Source: Bacteroidales bacterium (GTDB taxonomy: Bacteria; Bacteroidota; Bacteroidia; Bacteroidales; UBA932). Taken from it: a stretch of DNA of 64,000 bases. Made by a program: the position numbers and the translations under genes. The stretch covers positions 161,804-225,803 of the forward strand of contig JAFRNC010000009.1 in NCBI GenBank assembly GCA_017430365.1. The letters are read 5' to 3'. Below the pieces are notes generated by a model. The model was not told the origin of the DNA, searched no databases, and saw only the letters and a list, made by a program, of their open reading frames with translations. Below, piece after piece: positions 16,201 through 25,544 of the stretch (its first letter is position 1; each line of letters opens with the position of its first letter).

Positions 16201-17496
16201 GTGAAACCACAATTGCTCATCGGCGCCATGCATTCCGGGAGTGGCAAGACCACTTTCACGATGGGGATCCTGCGGGCTTTGCAACGTCAAGGCCTGCAGG
16301 TTCAGCCATTTAAATGCGGCCCCGATTACATCGACACCCGTTTCCACGCCGTGGCGGCCGGACGGGAGTCGGTCAACCTCGACATCTGGCTCTCTTCCGA
16401 GTCGCATGTGCGGGATCTCTACGCCCGTTACGGCGAGGATGCAGGAGCCTGCCTCGTGGAAGGGGTGATGGGCCTCTTTGACGGTTTTGACCGGATGCAG
16501 GGGAGCAGCGCGGCAATCGCGAGGCTTCTCGATATTCCCGTGGTACTGGTTGTAGGCGCCCGCTCGATGGCGTATACCGTGGCTGCGCAGCTTCACGGCA
16601 TGAAGAGTTTCCTTCCGGGACTGCGCATCGCCGGCGTGGTTTTCAACCAGGTATCTTCGGAAAACCATTTCCGTTTCCTGCGCGAGGCCTGTGATGATGC
16701 GGGCCTTCGCTGTTTCGGGTGGCTGCCGAAAGCACCGGGACTGGAGGTGCCTTCCAGGCATCTCGGTCTTACGCTTGCGGCCAGGCAGGATATGGAAACC
16801 TGGATCGACAGGGCTGCGGATCTGGTATCGGCCAATATAGACATAGCCGGATTGCTGGAAGCCGTGAACTCTCTTGTCCATGAACCGGCGGAACGACCCG
16901 TGGAACGGTCTGGTTCACTCAGGACGGCCGTAGCCCGCGACGCGGCTTTCAACTTCACTTACCGGGAGAACATCGCCCGGCTTACCCTGCTCGGACCGGT
17001 GACGTTCTTCAGCCCTCTTGCAGGGGATCCGCTTCCTGAAGCCGATCTGGTCTATCTTCCGGGAGGCTATCCCGAGCTTTTCGCCGCAGAATTGTCTTCC
17101 CGTTCCGGCCTGATGGCTCAGATACGGGACTTCGCAGAATCAGGCGGCCGCATTCTGGCGGAGTGCGGAGGCATGATTTATCTCTCACGGGCCATCGAAG
17201 GAGTGGAAGGCGGTCCTTTCCCCATGTGCGGAGTACTTCCTTTCGCCGCCACCATGGCCGGAGCGCGTCTCCACCTCGGTTATCGCCGCATTGTGGATGC
17301 TGCCGGACGGGAATGGCGCGGGCATGAGTTCCACTATTCCGACGTGACGTCGCCGGAAGCGCTGCCTTCAGCCGCCGTCCAATTCAACGCCAGGGGCGGG
17401 AGGGTATCCACTCCCCTGTATCGCTGGAAAAACGTAATCGCCGGTTATACGCACCTCTACTGGGGTGAGACCGGCATAATGAAATTATGGGATTGA
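16201..17496 (+). CDS. cbiA: Cobyrinic acid a,c-diamide synthase
   Basis: P-loop LIGAMHSGSGKTTFTMGIL and FKCGPDYID. C-terminal glutamine amidotransferase part with AECGGMIYL. The track start is TTG 16183. I prefer the GTG at 16201 (MKPQLLIG...), which is uncertain. Confidence 0.85.
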   Translation: MKPQLLIGAMHSGSGKTTFTMGILRALQRQGLQVQPFKCGPDYIDTRFHAVAAGRESVNLDIWLSSESHVRDLYARYGEDAGACLVEGVMGLFDGFDRMQGSSAAIARLLDIPVVLVVGARSMAYTVAAQLHGMKSFLPGLRIAGVVFNQVSSENHFRFLREACDDAGLRCFGWLPKAPGLEVPSRHLGLTLAARQDMETWIDRAADLVSANIDIAGLLEAVNSLVHEPAERPVERSGSLRTAVARDAAFNFTYRENIARLTLLGPVTFFSPLAGDPLPEADLVYLPGGYPELFAAELSSRSGLMAQIRDFAESGGRILAECGGMIYLSRAIEGVEGGPFPMCGVLPFAATMAGARLHLGYRRIVDAAGREWRGHEFHYSDVTSPEALPSAAVQFNARGGRVSTPLYRWKNVIAGYTHLYWGETGIMKLWD

Positions 17497-17498
17497 AT

Positions 17499-18644
17499 AT
17501 GAAAAAGATAACCCTGGTACTGCTGCTGGCGGCATCTTCACTTCTGTTTTTCTCATGTAAGGGAGGATCCCGCGGTGCGGGAGGAGCCGCTGTCTCCGGT
17601 ACGAAGGAAGGGGCCGTATCTACTGCCTACGCAACCGGATTCAGCGTCAGTTATACTGATGACGGCTGCCTGGTGGACATCCAGGACCCCATGCGCGAAG
17701 AGAGCCAGTCATTCCACTATATGCTCGTAAAGCGCGGCGGCAAGCCGGCACATGTGCCGGAAGGATATACTGTCATTGAAGTGCCCGTGCAGCGCATCGT
17801 CTGCATGACCTCGCTCCAGCTTTCCAATTTCATCTGCCTCGGCGAACTCGACAGGGTAGCAGGCATTACGAGTACCCGCCATCTCTTCAATCCCGAGATG
17901 AGGCAGCGTCTCGCCGACGGACGTACCAGCAAGATCGGCATAGAAGGCAATTTCGACAGCGAGGTGATCCTTGGGCTCGATCCCGACCTGATTCTGATCT
18001 CCCCATTCAAGAGGGGCGGATATGAGGCCCTCAGGGGAGTCGACATACCGCTGATTCCACACCTGGGCTATCAGGAAATGACCCCGCTCGGCCAGGCCGA
18101 ATGGATCAAGTTCATAGGACTTCTTTGCGGCGGGGAGGAAAAAGCCAATCGTGTTTTCAGCGAAATCGAAGAGCGTTACAATTCGCTCAAGTCACTCACT
18201 GCCGACGTGGCGGAGAGGCCTGTCGTGCTGAGCGGCGAGCTGCACGGCGGCAACTGGTATGTAGGAGGCGGCCGCAGCTTCCTCGCCCAGATTTTCAAGG
18301 ATGCCGGTGGAGCGTATTTCCTGCCCGATGACGGAAACTCCGGCGGGCTGAATCTCGATTTCGAGACTGTATACAGCCAGACAGCCGACGCCAAGTACTG
18401 GCGCATCGTCAACAGTTACAACGGCACATTCAGCTATGACGCACTCAAGGCCGAGGATGCCCGTTACGCCGACCTCAACGCTTTCCGCAACAAGGGCGTG
18501 ATCTATTGCAACATGCGTGAGAAACCCTTTTACGAGAGCATGCCTGTCCAGCCCGATGTCGTGCTTGCCGACCTGATCCATATATTCCATCCCGAACTGC
18601 TTCCCGCCGGTTATCAGCCGGTCTTTTATGAACTCCTGAAATGA
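17499..18644 (+). CDS. ABC transporter periplasmic substrate-binding lipoprotein (BtuF/FecB-type)
   Basis: MKKITLVLLLAASSLLFFSC lipobox. It is followed by FecCD-type permease and ATPase genes. The ATG at 17499 lies 2 nt after the cbiA stop. Confidence 0.8.
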   Translation: MKKITLVLLLAASSLLFFSCKGGSRGAGGAAVSGTKEGAVSTAYATGFSVSYTDDGCLVDIQDPMREESQSFHYMLVKRGGKPAHVPEGYTVIEVPVQRIVCMTSLQLSNFICLGELDRVAGITSTRHLFNPEMRQRLADGRTSKIGIEGNFDSEVILGLDPDLILISPFKRGGYEALRGVDIPLIPHLGYQEMTPLGQAEWIKFIGLLCGGEEKANRVFSEIEERYNSLKSLTADVAERPVVLSGELHGGNWYVGGGRSFLAQIFKDAGGAYFLPDDGNSGGLNLDFETVYSQTADAKYWRIVNSYNGTFSYDALKAEDARYADLNAFRNKGVIYCNMREKPFYESMPVQPDVVLADLIHIFHPELLPAGYQPVFYELLK

Positions 18645-19678
18645 AACGTCCGGTCGCCGTCGGCATGATCCTGCTGGGAGTGTCGATTTTCCTGCTGTTC
18701 TTCCTCAATCTGCTGCTGGGCTCGGTGTCAGTCCCGGCCGGACAGGTGTGGAAGATATTGTGGGGAGGGGAGGCCGAAAATGCGATCTGGCAGAACATCG
18801 TGCTCAAGTCGCGCTTCCCCCAGGCGCTTACGGCCCTTGTGGCCGGCGCCGGGCTTTCGGTAGCCGGCCTTCAGATGCAGACGGTGTTCCGCAATCCGCT
18901 GGCGGGGCCTTCGGTACTGGGTGTGAGTTCGGGATCGAGCCTCGGCGTGGCCTTCGTGGTCCTGCTTTCCGGCAGGCTCGGCGGCGTCGCCCTGAGCCGC
19001 CTGGGATATATGGGCGAGTTCGCCATGACTGTCGCCGCCATCATCGGCGCCCTGGCCATTATGGCGCTTATCGTATGGGTGGCGCAGAAGGTCCGTGGCA
19101 ACGTCACCCTGCTCATCATCGGCGTGATGATCGGATACGTCGCCACAGCCATCATCGGAGTACTGAAATTCTTCAGCGCGGAAGAAGACGTGCGTGCCTA
19201 CGTTGTATGGGGCCTCGGCAGTTTCGCCCGCGTGTCGGGAGGCCAGGTGATGACTTTCGTCATAATCATGGCCGTCCTGCTGCCTCTGTCTTTCCTGCTT
19301 GTCAAGACGCTCAACCTGTTGCTCCTCGGCGACGGATATGCCCGGAACCTCGGTCTGAACATACGCCGGGCGCGTCTATGGGTCATCACATGTGCCGGTG
19401 TCCTGGTGGCTATCGTCACGGCTTATTGCGGTCCCATCTCGTTCCTGGGCCTGGCGGTGCCGCACCTGTGCCGCGGTATTTTCCGCACCTCTGACCACCG
19501 CATCCTGATGCCGGCATCGCTTATGGCCGGTGCGTCCCTGGCCTTGCTCTGCAATCTGATCGCCAGGATGCCCGGATTCGAGGGGGCCCTTCCCGTCAAT
19601 TCAGTGACAGCCCTGATCGGTGCCCCGGTCGTGGCTGTAGTACTTTTCAAACGCAGGAAGGAGGACACCGGGGAATGA
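18641..19678 (+). CDS. FecCD/BtuC-family ABC permease
   Basis: 345 aa polytopic protein. ATGA overlaps on both sides. Confidence 0.85.
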   Translation: MKRPVAVGMILLGVSIFLLFFLNLLLGSVSVPAGQVWKILWGGEAENAIWQNIVLKSRFPQALTALVAGAGLSVAGLQMQTVFRNPLAGPSVLGVSSGSSLGVAFVVLLSGRLGGVALSRLGYMGEFAMTVAAIIGALAIMALIVWVAQKVRGNVTLLIIGVMIGYVATAIIGVLKFFSAEEDVRAYVVWGLGSFARVSGGQVMTFVIIMAVLLPLSFLLVKTLNLLLLGDGYARNLGLNIRRARLWVITCAGVLVAIVTAYCGPISFLGLAVPHLCRGIFRTSDHRILMPASLMAGASLALLCNLIARMPGFEGALPVNSVTALIGAPVVAVVLFKRRKEDTGE

Positions 19679-20709
19679 AACGCGAAGAGACCATCAGGAT
19701 TTCAGGCCTGTCGATAGGCTATCGCGGGAAGCATGGTATCAAGACTGTCGCAGAAGGCATCTCCAAGGTGATCCGAAGCGGCGAACTGACCTGCCTGCTT
19801 GGGGAGAACGGTGCAGGGAAGTCAACATTGCTCCGCACCTTGTCCGGATTCCTCCCGCCCCTTTCAGGAGAGATATACATTCTGGGCAAGTCTTTGAACT
19901 CTTATCGGGAGCGTGAACTGGCTACCGTCATCGGCGTGGTCCTTACCGAGAAGACCAATCTGCAGAACATGACTGTCGCAGAACTGGTCGGGATGGGACG
20001 CAGTCCATACACCGGATTCTGGGGACGGCTTTCTGCGGAAGACCGGCGGAAGGTGGATGACGCCTTGGATCTGGTCGGCATCGTCCCCCTGCGTGACCGT
20101 ATGGTCCAGACGCTGAGCGACGGTGAGAGGCAGAAGGTCATGATAGCCAAGGCTCTGGCACAAGAAACCCCGGTCATCTTCCTCGACGAGCCGACTGCTT
20201 TTCTCGACTATCCCAGCAAGGTAGAGATCCTGCATCTGCTCCACCGCCTTTCCCGCGAGATGGGCAAGACCATTTTCCTTTCGACACACGACCTTGAACT
20301 GGCTCTTCAGATCGCCGACCAGCTCTGGCTGATGGCCCGGGGCCGCGGGGTTACGGTCGGTACGCCGGAAGATCTGGCGCTCGACGGAGTTCTAGACACC
20401 TTCTTCCGCCGCAAGGGTGTAGCATTCGAGAAACAGACAGGGCTTTATCGCATAGAATCCGAATACCGTTCAGCTGTCAGGCTGTCCGGCGATCCGGTGG
20501 CCTGCGAGATGGTGCGCAAGGCGCTCCGCCGTGACGCCATCCGTGCCGACTTCGACATAGAAGCCCCGGTTTCGGTCCATGCTGTCATCAATCCTGACGG
20601 AAAGCCTTCGTTCACCGTCTCGGACGCTTCACAACGCCCTTCCGTACCGTCCGGAGAAGTGCATTCGGTCGCAGGGCTCCTGGATCTTCTGTCCGAATTC
20701 CGTTCCTGA
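19675..20709 (+). CDS. ABC transporter ATP-binding protein (BtuD/FepC-like) with a C-terminal extension of about 90 aa
   Basis: Walker A GENGAGKST, signature LSDGERQKV, Walker B VIFLDEPTAFLD. There is an extra tail after about residue 250. Confidence 0.85.
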   Translation: MKREETIRISGLSIGYRGKHGIKTVAEGISKVIRSGELTCLLGENGAGKSTLLRTLSGFLPPLSGEIYILGKSLNSYRERELATVIGVVLTEKTNLQNMTVAELVGMGRSPYTGFWGRLSAEDRRKVDDALDLVGIVPLRDRMVQTLSDGERQKVMIAKALAQETPVIFLDEPTAFLDYPSKVEILHLLHRLSREMGKTIFLSTHDLELALQIADQLWLMARGRGVTVGTPEDLALDGVLDTFFRRKGVAFEKQTGLYRIESEYRSAVRLSGDPVACEMVRKALRRDAIRADFDIEAPVSVHAVINPDGKPSFTVSDASQRPSVPSGEVHSVAGLLDLLSEFRS

Positions 20710-20755
20710 CATACTCCTTTTTGGGACATTGGCCCCTTTTTTATATCTTTGAAAT

Positions 20756-22054
20756 ATGAAAAGAATGATACTGGCGGCGTTGCTGCTGCTGGCCGGCGGC
20801 TTCTGCAGGGCGCAGCTTCCCACGGGGACGTGGTCGGGCGCGCTTGATATACAGGGTACTTCCCTTACCCTGGTGTTCAATTTCAACGAAGAAGGATGCT
20901 CGATGGATGTTCCCGACCAGGGAGCCAAGGGCATAGCCGCCTCGGCTTCCCTGACTCCGCTGGGAGCTGTCCATATTGATATTGCGGCCCTCGGCGCCTC
21001 TTTCGAAGGGTTCCGTTTCGGTGAGAGGATCAACGGCACCTTCACTCAACGGGGCGCTTCTTTCCCTCTGACCCTTGCTCCTGGAGCACCGCAGAGAAAG
21101 CGTCCCCAGACGCCGAAACCGCCTTTCCCGTATACTTCGGAAGAGGTTTCTTTTTCCAACGGCGATGCCGTCCTGAAGGGAACTCTGACCCTGCCGGCCG
21201 GATGCGACCGCTCGACTCCGGTACTTCTTATGGTGACCGGCAGCGGCCTGCAGAACCGGGATGAAGAGTTGTTCGAGCATAAACCTTTTGCCGTCATAGC
21301 GGATTTCCTGGCCAGGAAGGGCATTGCCACGCTCCGCTACGATGACCGCGGTTTCGGTGAATCGACGGGCGATGTCGTGAACGTCACCACCGCTGACCTG
21401 AAAGAAGACGCGGCTGCCGGCATCGCGCTGCTGCGCGGACGCTTCGACCGGGTCGGCGTCCTCGGGCACAGCGAAGGGGGTACGATAGCTTTGATGCTTG
21501 CGGCTGAGAAGAAAGCCGATTTCATTGTCAGCCTGGCGGGCATGGCCGTCTCCGGAAGGGAAACACTGATGCAGCAGAACCGTCAGGGGCTGGCTCAGGC
21601 AGGAGTTGACCAGACTACGGTCGATACTTACTGCAAGGCACTTTCCGACACATTCGACGCCGTAACCGACGGGATGCCGCTCCCGTCCCCCGGCCGTTAT
21701 GACATGCCTGCCGCCCTGCAGCAGAATCTCCAGCAGGTCCAGGCCCAACTGGCACTGCCGTATCTGCGTTACTTCATCCAGTTGGATGTTTCGAAGCTGC
21801 TGGCCGACGTCACCTGCCCGGTCCTTGCGTTGAACGGTACCAAAGACACGCAGGTGGACTGCACAGCCAATCTCGGCGCGCTTGAGAATGGACTGCCCGC
21901 CTCAAGCCCGAACAGCGTACGGGCCGTGGACGGTCTCAATCACCTTTTCCAGACCTGCACCACGGGCCTTGCCGCCGAATACCCCCAGATAGAGGAGACC
22001 ATATCTCCGGAGGTCCTGGACATTCTCGCTGCCTGGCTCGTTTCGCTCCGTTGA
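20756..22054 (+). CDS. Secreted alpha/beta hydrolase
   Basis: 432 aa. Signal peptide present. Nucleophile elbow GVLGHSEGG. Confidence 0.75.
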   Translation: MKRMILAALLLLAGGFCRAQLPTGTWSGALDIQGTSLTLVFNFNEEGCSMDVPDQGAKGIAASASLTPLGAVHIDIAALGASFEGFRFGERINGTFTQRGASFPLTLAPGAPQRKRPQTPKPPFPYTSEEVSFSNGDAVLKGTLTLPAGCDRSTPVLLMVTGSGLQNRDEELFEHKPFAVIADFLARKGIATLRYDDRGFGESTGDVVNVTTADLKEDAAAGIALLRGRFDRVGVLGHSEGGTIALMLAAEKKADFIVSLAGMAVSGRETLMQQNRQGLAQAGVDQTTVDTYCKALSDTFDAVTDGMPLPSPGRYDMPAALQQNLQQVQAQLALPYLRYFIQLDVSKLLADVTCPVLALNGTKDTQVDCTANLGALENGLPASSPNSVRAVDGLNHLFQTCTTGLAAEYPQIEETISPEVLDILAAWLVSLR

Positions 22055-22097
22055 GTGTCAGCCGGTTTTTGCGCTGTTTTTTTTACAGTTTTTTTTG

Positions 22098-22208
22098 CGC
22101 TGCAACGGACGCATCAGTCAATCAGCGTATTATGCAAAGTGATCCCCCTCAAAACTAGGGGGATCACTTTCAGTAAACAGCTCACAGTCAGCTGCGTCCG
22201 TTGCAGCG
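22098..22208. repeat. 111-nt nested palindromic intergenic element, copy B
   Basis: Runs CGCTGCAACGGACGCA ... GTGATCCCCCTC-AAAAC-TAGGGGGATCAC ... TGCGTCCGTTGCAGCG. It sits between convergent genes. Confidence 0.9.
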
Positions 22209-22228
22209 CAATTGGCGCCGGAGCGGTG

Positions 22229-22510
22229 TCATTTCAGGTACGCCTTCAGTGCTTCCACGTATTCGTTGAAGGCTGCGAGCCCGGCCGGGGTGATCATGCA
22301 GGTCGTGCAGGGCATTTTGCCCTTGAAGCCTTTCTCCACGGAGATGTATCCGGCAGTGGTCAATTTGTCAATCTGGACGCTGAGGTTCCCTGATGTCGCT
22401 CCCGTCTGCTTTTTCAGGTAGGTGAAATCGGCGGAATCCACCCCTGCCAAAAGCGACATCACTGCCAGCCTCAGCTCCGAATGGAGGATGGGGTCGAGTT
22501 TCGGGAACAT
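22229..22510 (-). CDS. Small winged-helix transcriptional regulator
   Basis: 93 aa. The stretch LRLAVMSLLAGVDSADFTYLKKQTGATSGNLSVQIDKLTTAGYISVEK is a typical wHTH. The gene starts 3 nt after the stop of the upstream membrane protein gene. Confidence 0.7.
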   Translation of the reverse strand: MFPKLDPILHSELRLAVMSLLAGVDSADFTYLKKQTGATSGNLSVQIDKLTTAGYISVEKGFKGKMPCTTCMITPAGLAAFNEYVEALKAYLK

Positions 22511-22513
22511 GGC

Positions 22514-23089
22514 CTACTTGTACTGATATTTGACGACCAGGCCGGTAGCCGCAAGGATTACGCCGCCGAGTGTGAAGAGCAGCAGCTGCGCTTCGGATTT
22601 GAGGAGAATTGCAGCAACGGCACCGCCTACGCCAAGGAGGAATCCTCCGACGATGATGGGCCAGTTCTTTAGGATCACGCCTGTGATGCTTTCGGCGATT
22701 CCCAGGAGGATGATGATTGTGAAAGTGATCGGCATCGGCACGATGAATACCGCGATGGCGCTGAGCGTGATCGAGAAGAGCCCGAAGATGCCCCATACCT
22801 TTCCGGTCAGGCTGCCGACGAAACTTTCGGGCAGGGCCTTGTCGTTTTTGCCCAGCATCCAGGCAAACAGGTAGCCGAACGCAGGCATCGCGAACCAGAG
22901 GAGATTCCATGAAGCCTTGCCGGTCGAATGCCAGAGGAGGTAGATTACGAGCGAAAAGACCGTCAGCAGGGAGCCCCAGAGGACATAATACTTGGCGCTT
23001 TTGCTGAGGATGTCGCGCCTGCTGTTGTTCAGCGTCTCGCTGATGAGCTTGAGGCTCTCCTGAGCCGTCATTTCTTTGTTCTGTTCCAT
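22514..23089 (-). CDS. Integral membrane protein (about 5 TM), unknown function
   Basis: I prefer the ATG at 23089 (MEQNKEMTAQESLKLISETL...). The track start at 23158 adds a non-protein-like extension. Confidence 0.6.
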   Translation of the reverse strand: MEQNKEMTAQESLKLISETLNNSRRDILSKSAKYYVLWGSLLTVFSLVIYLLWHSTGKASWNLLWFAMPAFGYLFAWMLGKNDKALPESFVGSLTGKVWGIFGLFSITLSAIAVFIVPMPITFTIIILLGIAESITGVILKNWPIIVGGFLLGVGGAVAAILLKSEAQLLLFTLGGVILAATGLVVKYQYK

Positions 23090-23279
23090 TGTAAATATAC
23101 TTTTTACTTGTTTCCGGATCCGGCATAGCTGCGCAGTCTGTACCGTATCACGATGCAAAGGTAAACAAGTTTATATTATAAACCAAATAAAATTGTAAAC
23201 TTTTTTCAAAAATTTTACCACCGGGCACCAAACCGCTGATACTCAGGATATAGGGTTATCTGGTCGCGATTCTGCGTTC

Positions 23280-25544
23280 TCAAATAAACTCCTTCGTGAC
23301 GGAATCAGGGCACTCCGGCAGGCCTGCAGGGGTGCCGGTGAAGAGTAGGCGGCCACCGGCTTCGCCCGCTCCCGGCCCGAGCTCGATGACGAAATCGGCC
23401 GAACGTATCACGTCAAGATTGTGCTCGATCATATAGACGGTGTTGCCCCGGTCGACGAGCGAATCGAATAGGCGGATGATGTGGCGGATGTCCTTTATGT
23501 GAAGGCCGTCGGTCGGCTCGTCCACGATGAAGATCCTGTCTTCGACACCGAGATAGGAAGCTAACTTCAACCGCTGAAGTTCCCCGCCGGAGAGAGTCGA
23601 GAGCGCCTGGTTCAAGTGAAGGTACTGCAAGCCGACGTCCACCAGCGGCTTCAGTTTCTTTTCGATTATCGTCCCCGCGAAGAAACGGGATGCCAGACGT
23701 ACCGACAGGTCCATGGCCTGCGCGATGTCGAGTGTCTCGCCTGTTGCAGGGCTGGTGAGTTTATATTCGAGGGCCTCGGGCCGGTACCGGAGGCCGCCGC
23801 AGGCTTCGCATGTGGTTTCGATGGCGTCCATGAACGCCATCTCGGACACGATTACGCCTTTGCCGCCGCATACCGGGCATGCCCCGGCACCGTTGAAGGT
23901 GAAATAGGCCTCTTTCAATTTATGCGCGCGTGCGAAAGCCTTCCGGATGTCACCCGCAACATCCATGTAGGTGCCGGGCGTGGAGCGGAGGCTGACGCCG
24001 ATGTTCTTCTGGCTGATATAGATTACCTTTTCGGGATCGGGATACTGACGGCGGAAACACTCCATCAGAGAACTCTTGCCGGAACCGGCCACGCCGGCCA
24101 CAACACCGAAGACCCCCAGCGGGAAATCGACTGTCAAGCCCTGCAGGTTGTTCAGGGAAGCGTTTTCCACCCTGAATGAGCCGTTCCCGCATCGTGGTGA
24201 ATCCTTGAAGGGCAGCCTTTCTTCGACAAGATGACCCGTGGCCGTATCGCTCCTGAGCAGTTCGTCCCAGGATCCCTCGAACATTATTTTTCCTCCGTCG
24301 ATCCCAGGTCCCGGCCCGAGGTCCACGATATGGTCGGCGATGCGGATCATCTCCGGATGATGTTCCACCAGCAGGACTGTGTTGCCGGCATCGCGCAGCC
24401 GCCGGACAGAGCGCTTCAGCCGCTCGATGTCCCGGGGATGAAGCCCCACGCTGGGCTCGTCCAGGATGTAGAGTACGTCGGAGAGCGACGAGTTGATGTA
24501 TTTGGCGATCTTGCAGCGCTGGGCCTCGCCGCCGGAGAGCGTGCCTACCGGGCGGTTCAGCGACAGATAGCCCAATCCGATCTCTTCAAGCGCGGACAGC
24601 CTCGTTCCTATGGCGACTTTCAGGTCGGCTGCCAGCGGATCGGAGAGCGAAGCCACCCAGGCGTTCAGCCTGGAGATGGACATGGCGCATACCTCGGCGA
24701 TGTTGAGACCTTCAATCTTGCAGGTCAGCACCTTGGGGTTGAGGCGGGTTCCGCCGCAGTCCGGGCAGGTGCCCATGCGGAGCATAGGGTTCAACACGGC
24801 TGCGTGCAGCAGCCCCTCTTCTGAGTTGATGATGCTGCGGTACATGCGCGGGATCAGCCCCTCGTACTTGGCGGTCTTGGGCCAGTTCTTCGGCGGGTTC
24901 TTGAGCCTGATCTGGGGACTGTTCAGGAACAGGTCGAGTTCTTCCGGCGAATAGTCCCGTATCTTCTTGTCGAGGTCGAACAGTCCGCTGTGCGCGTACC
25001 GGATCCAGCGCCAGCCTCCCTTTCCGAATGCAATATAGTGTATGGTATCCTCATCATTCAGGCTCTTGTCAAAGTCCACCAGTTTGTGGATGTCCAGTTC
25101 ACGGATCTCTCCCAGTCCCGCGCAGCGCGGGCAGCTGCCCTGCGGATGGTTGAAGCTGAAACTGTCGGAATATCCCACGAACGGTTTGCCGACGCGCGAG
25201 AAAAGGAGACGTATGAGTGCGTAGATATCGGTATACGTGCCGACGGTGGAGCGGGAGTTCTGCGCGGGCTTCTTCTGGTCGATGACTATGGCGATGGGCA
25301 GTCCCTCGATATTGTCCACCTTCGGTCTCCCGTATTTCGGGAGATACTGTTGTACGAAAGTGGGGAAGGTGTCGTTCAGTTCGCGGCGGCTCTTGGCCGC
25401 TATGGTATCCATGACGAGCGAGCTCTTTCCCGAGCCGGAAACGCCGGTGAAGATCGTTATTTTATATTTGGGTATGTCGAGCGACAGGTTGCGGAGGTTG
25501 TTTTCCCGTGCCCCGCGTATGCGTATGGTATCGAAGGAATTCAT
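23280..25544 (-). CDS. Short UvrA-like ABC ATPase (UvrA paralogue lacking about 190 aa of canonical UvrA)
   Basis: The ATG at 25544 gives MNSFDTIRIRGARENNLRNLSLDIPKYKITIFTGVSGSGKSSL. There are two ABC modules (LSGGEAQRCK and LSGGELQRLK) and Zn modules CPRCAGLG, CPDCGG and CPVCGGKG...CEACGG. Length 754 aa. The start overlaps the Lrp stop (ATGA). Confidence 0.85.
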   Translation of the reverse strand: MNSFDTIRIRGARENNLRNLSLDIPKYKITIFTGVSGSGKSSLVMDTIAAKSRRELNDTFPTFVQQYLPKYGRPKVDNIEGLPIAIVIDQKKPAQNSRSTVGTYTDIYALIRLLFSRVGKPFVGYSDSFSFNHPQGSCPRCAGLGEIRELDIHKLVDFDKSLNDEDTIHYIAFGKGGWRWIRYAHSGLFDLDKKIRDYSPEELDLFLNSPQIRLKNPPKNWPKTAKYEGLIPRMYRSIINSEEGLLHAAVLNPMLRMGTCPDCGGTRLNPKVLTCKIEGLNIAEVCAMSISRLNAWVASLSDPLAADLKVAIGTRLSALEEIGLGYLSLNRPVGTLSGGEAQRCKIAKYINSSLSDVLYILDEPSVGLHPRDIERLKRSVRRLRDAGNTVLLVEHHPEMIRIADHIVDLGPGPGIDGGKIMFEGSWDELLRSDTATGHLVEERLPFKDSPRCGNGSFRVENASLNNLQGLTVDFPLGVFGVVAGVAGSGKSSLMECFRRQYPDPEKVIYISQKNIGVSLRSTPGTYMDVAGDIRKAFARAHKLKEAYFTFNGAGACPVCGGKGVIVSEMAFMDAIETTCEACGGLRYRPEALEYKLTSPATGETLDIAQAMDLSVRLASRFFAGTIIEKKLKPLVDVGLQYLHLNQALSTLSGGELQRLKLASYLGVEDRIFIVDEPTDGLHIKDIRHIIRLFDSLVDRGNTVYMIEHNLDVIRSADFVIELGPGAGEAGGRLLFTGTPAGLPECPDSVTKEFI

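Noticed and set aside
22055-22393. 112-aa ORF. A 179-aa ORF at 52661..53200 shares the peptide LCKVIPL..RGIT.
   Set aside because: The shared peptide is simply the translation of the 111-nt palindromic repeat. The remaining parts are antisense or intergenic.
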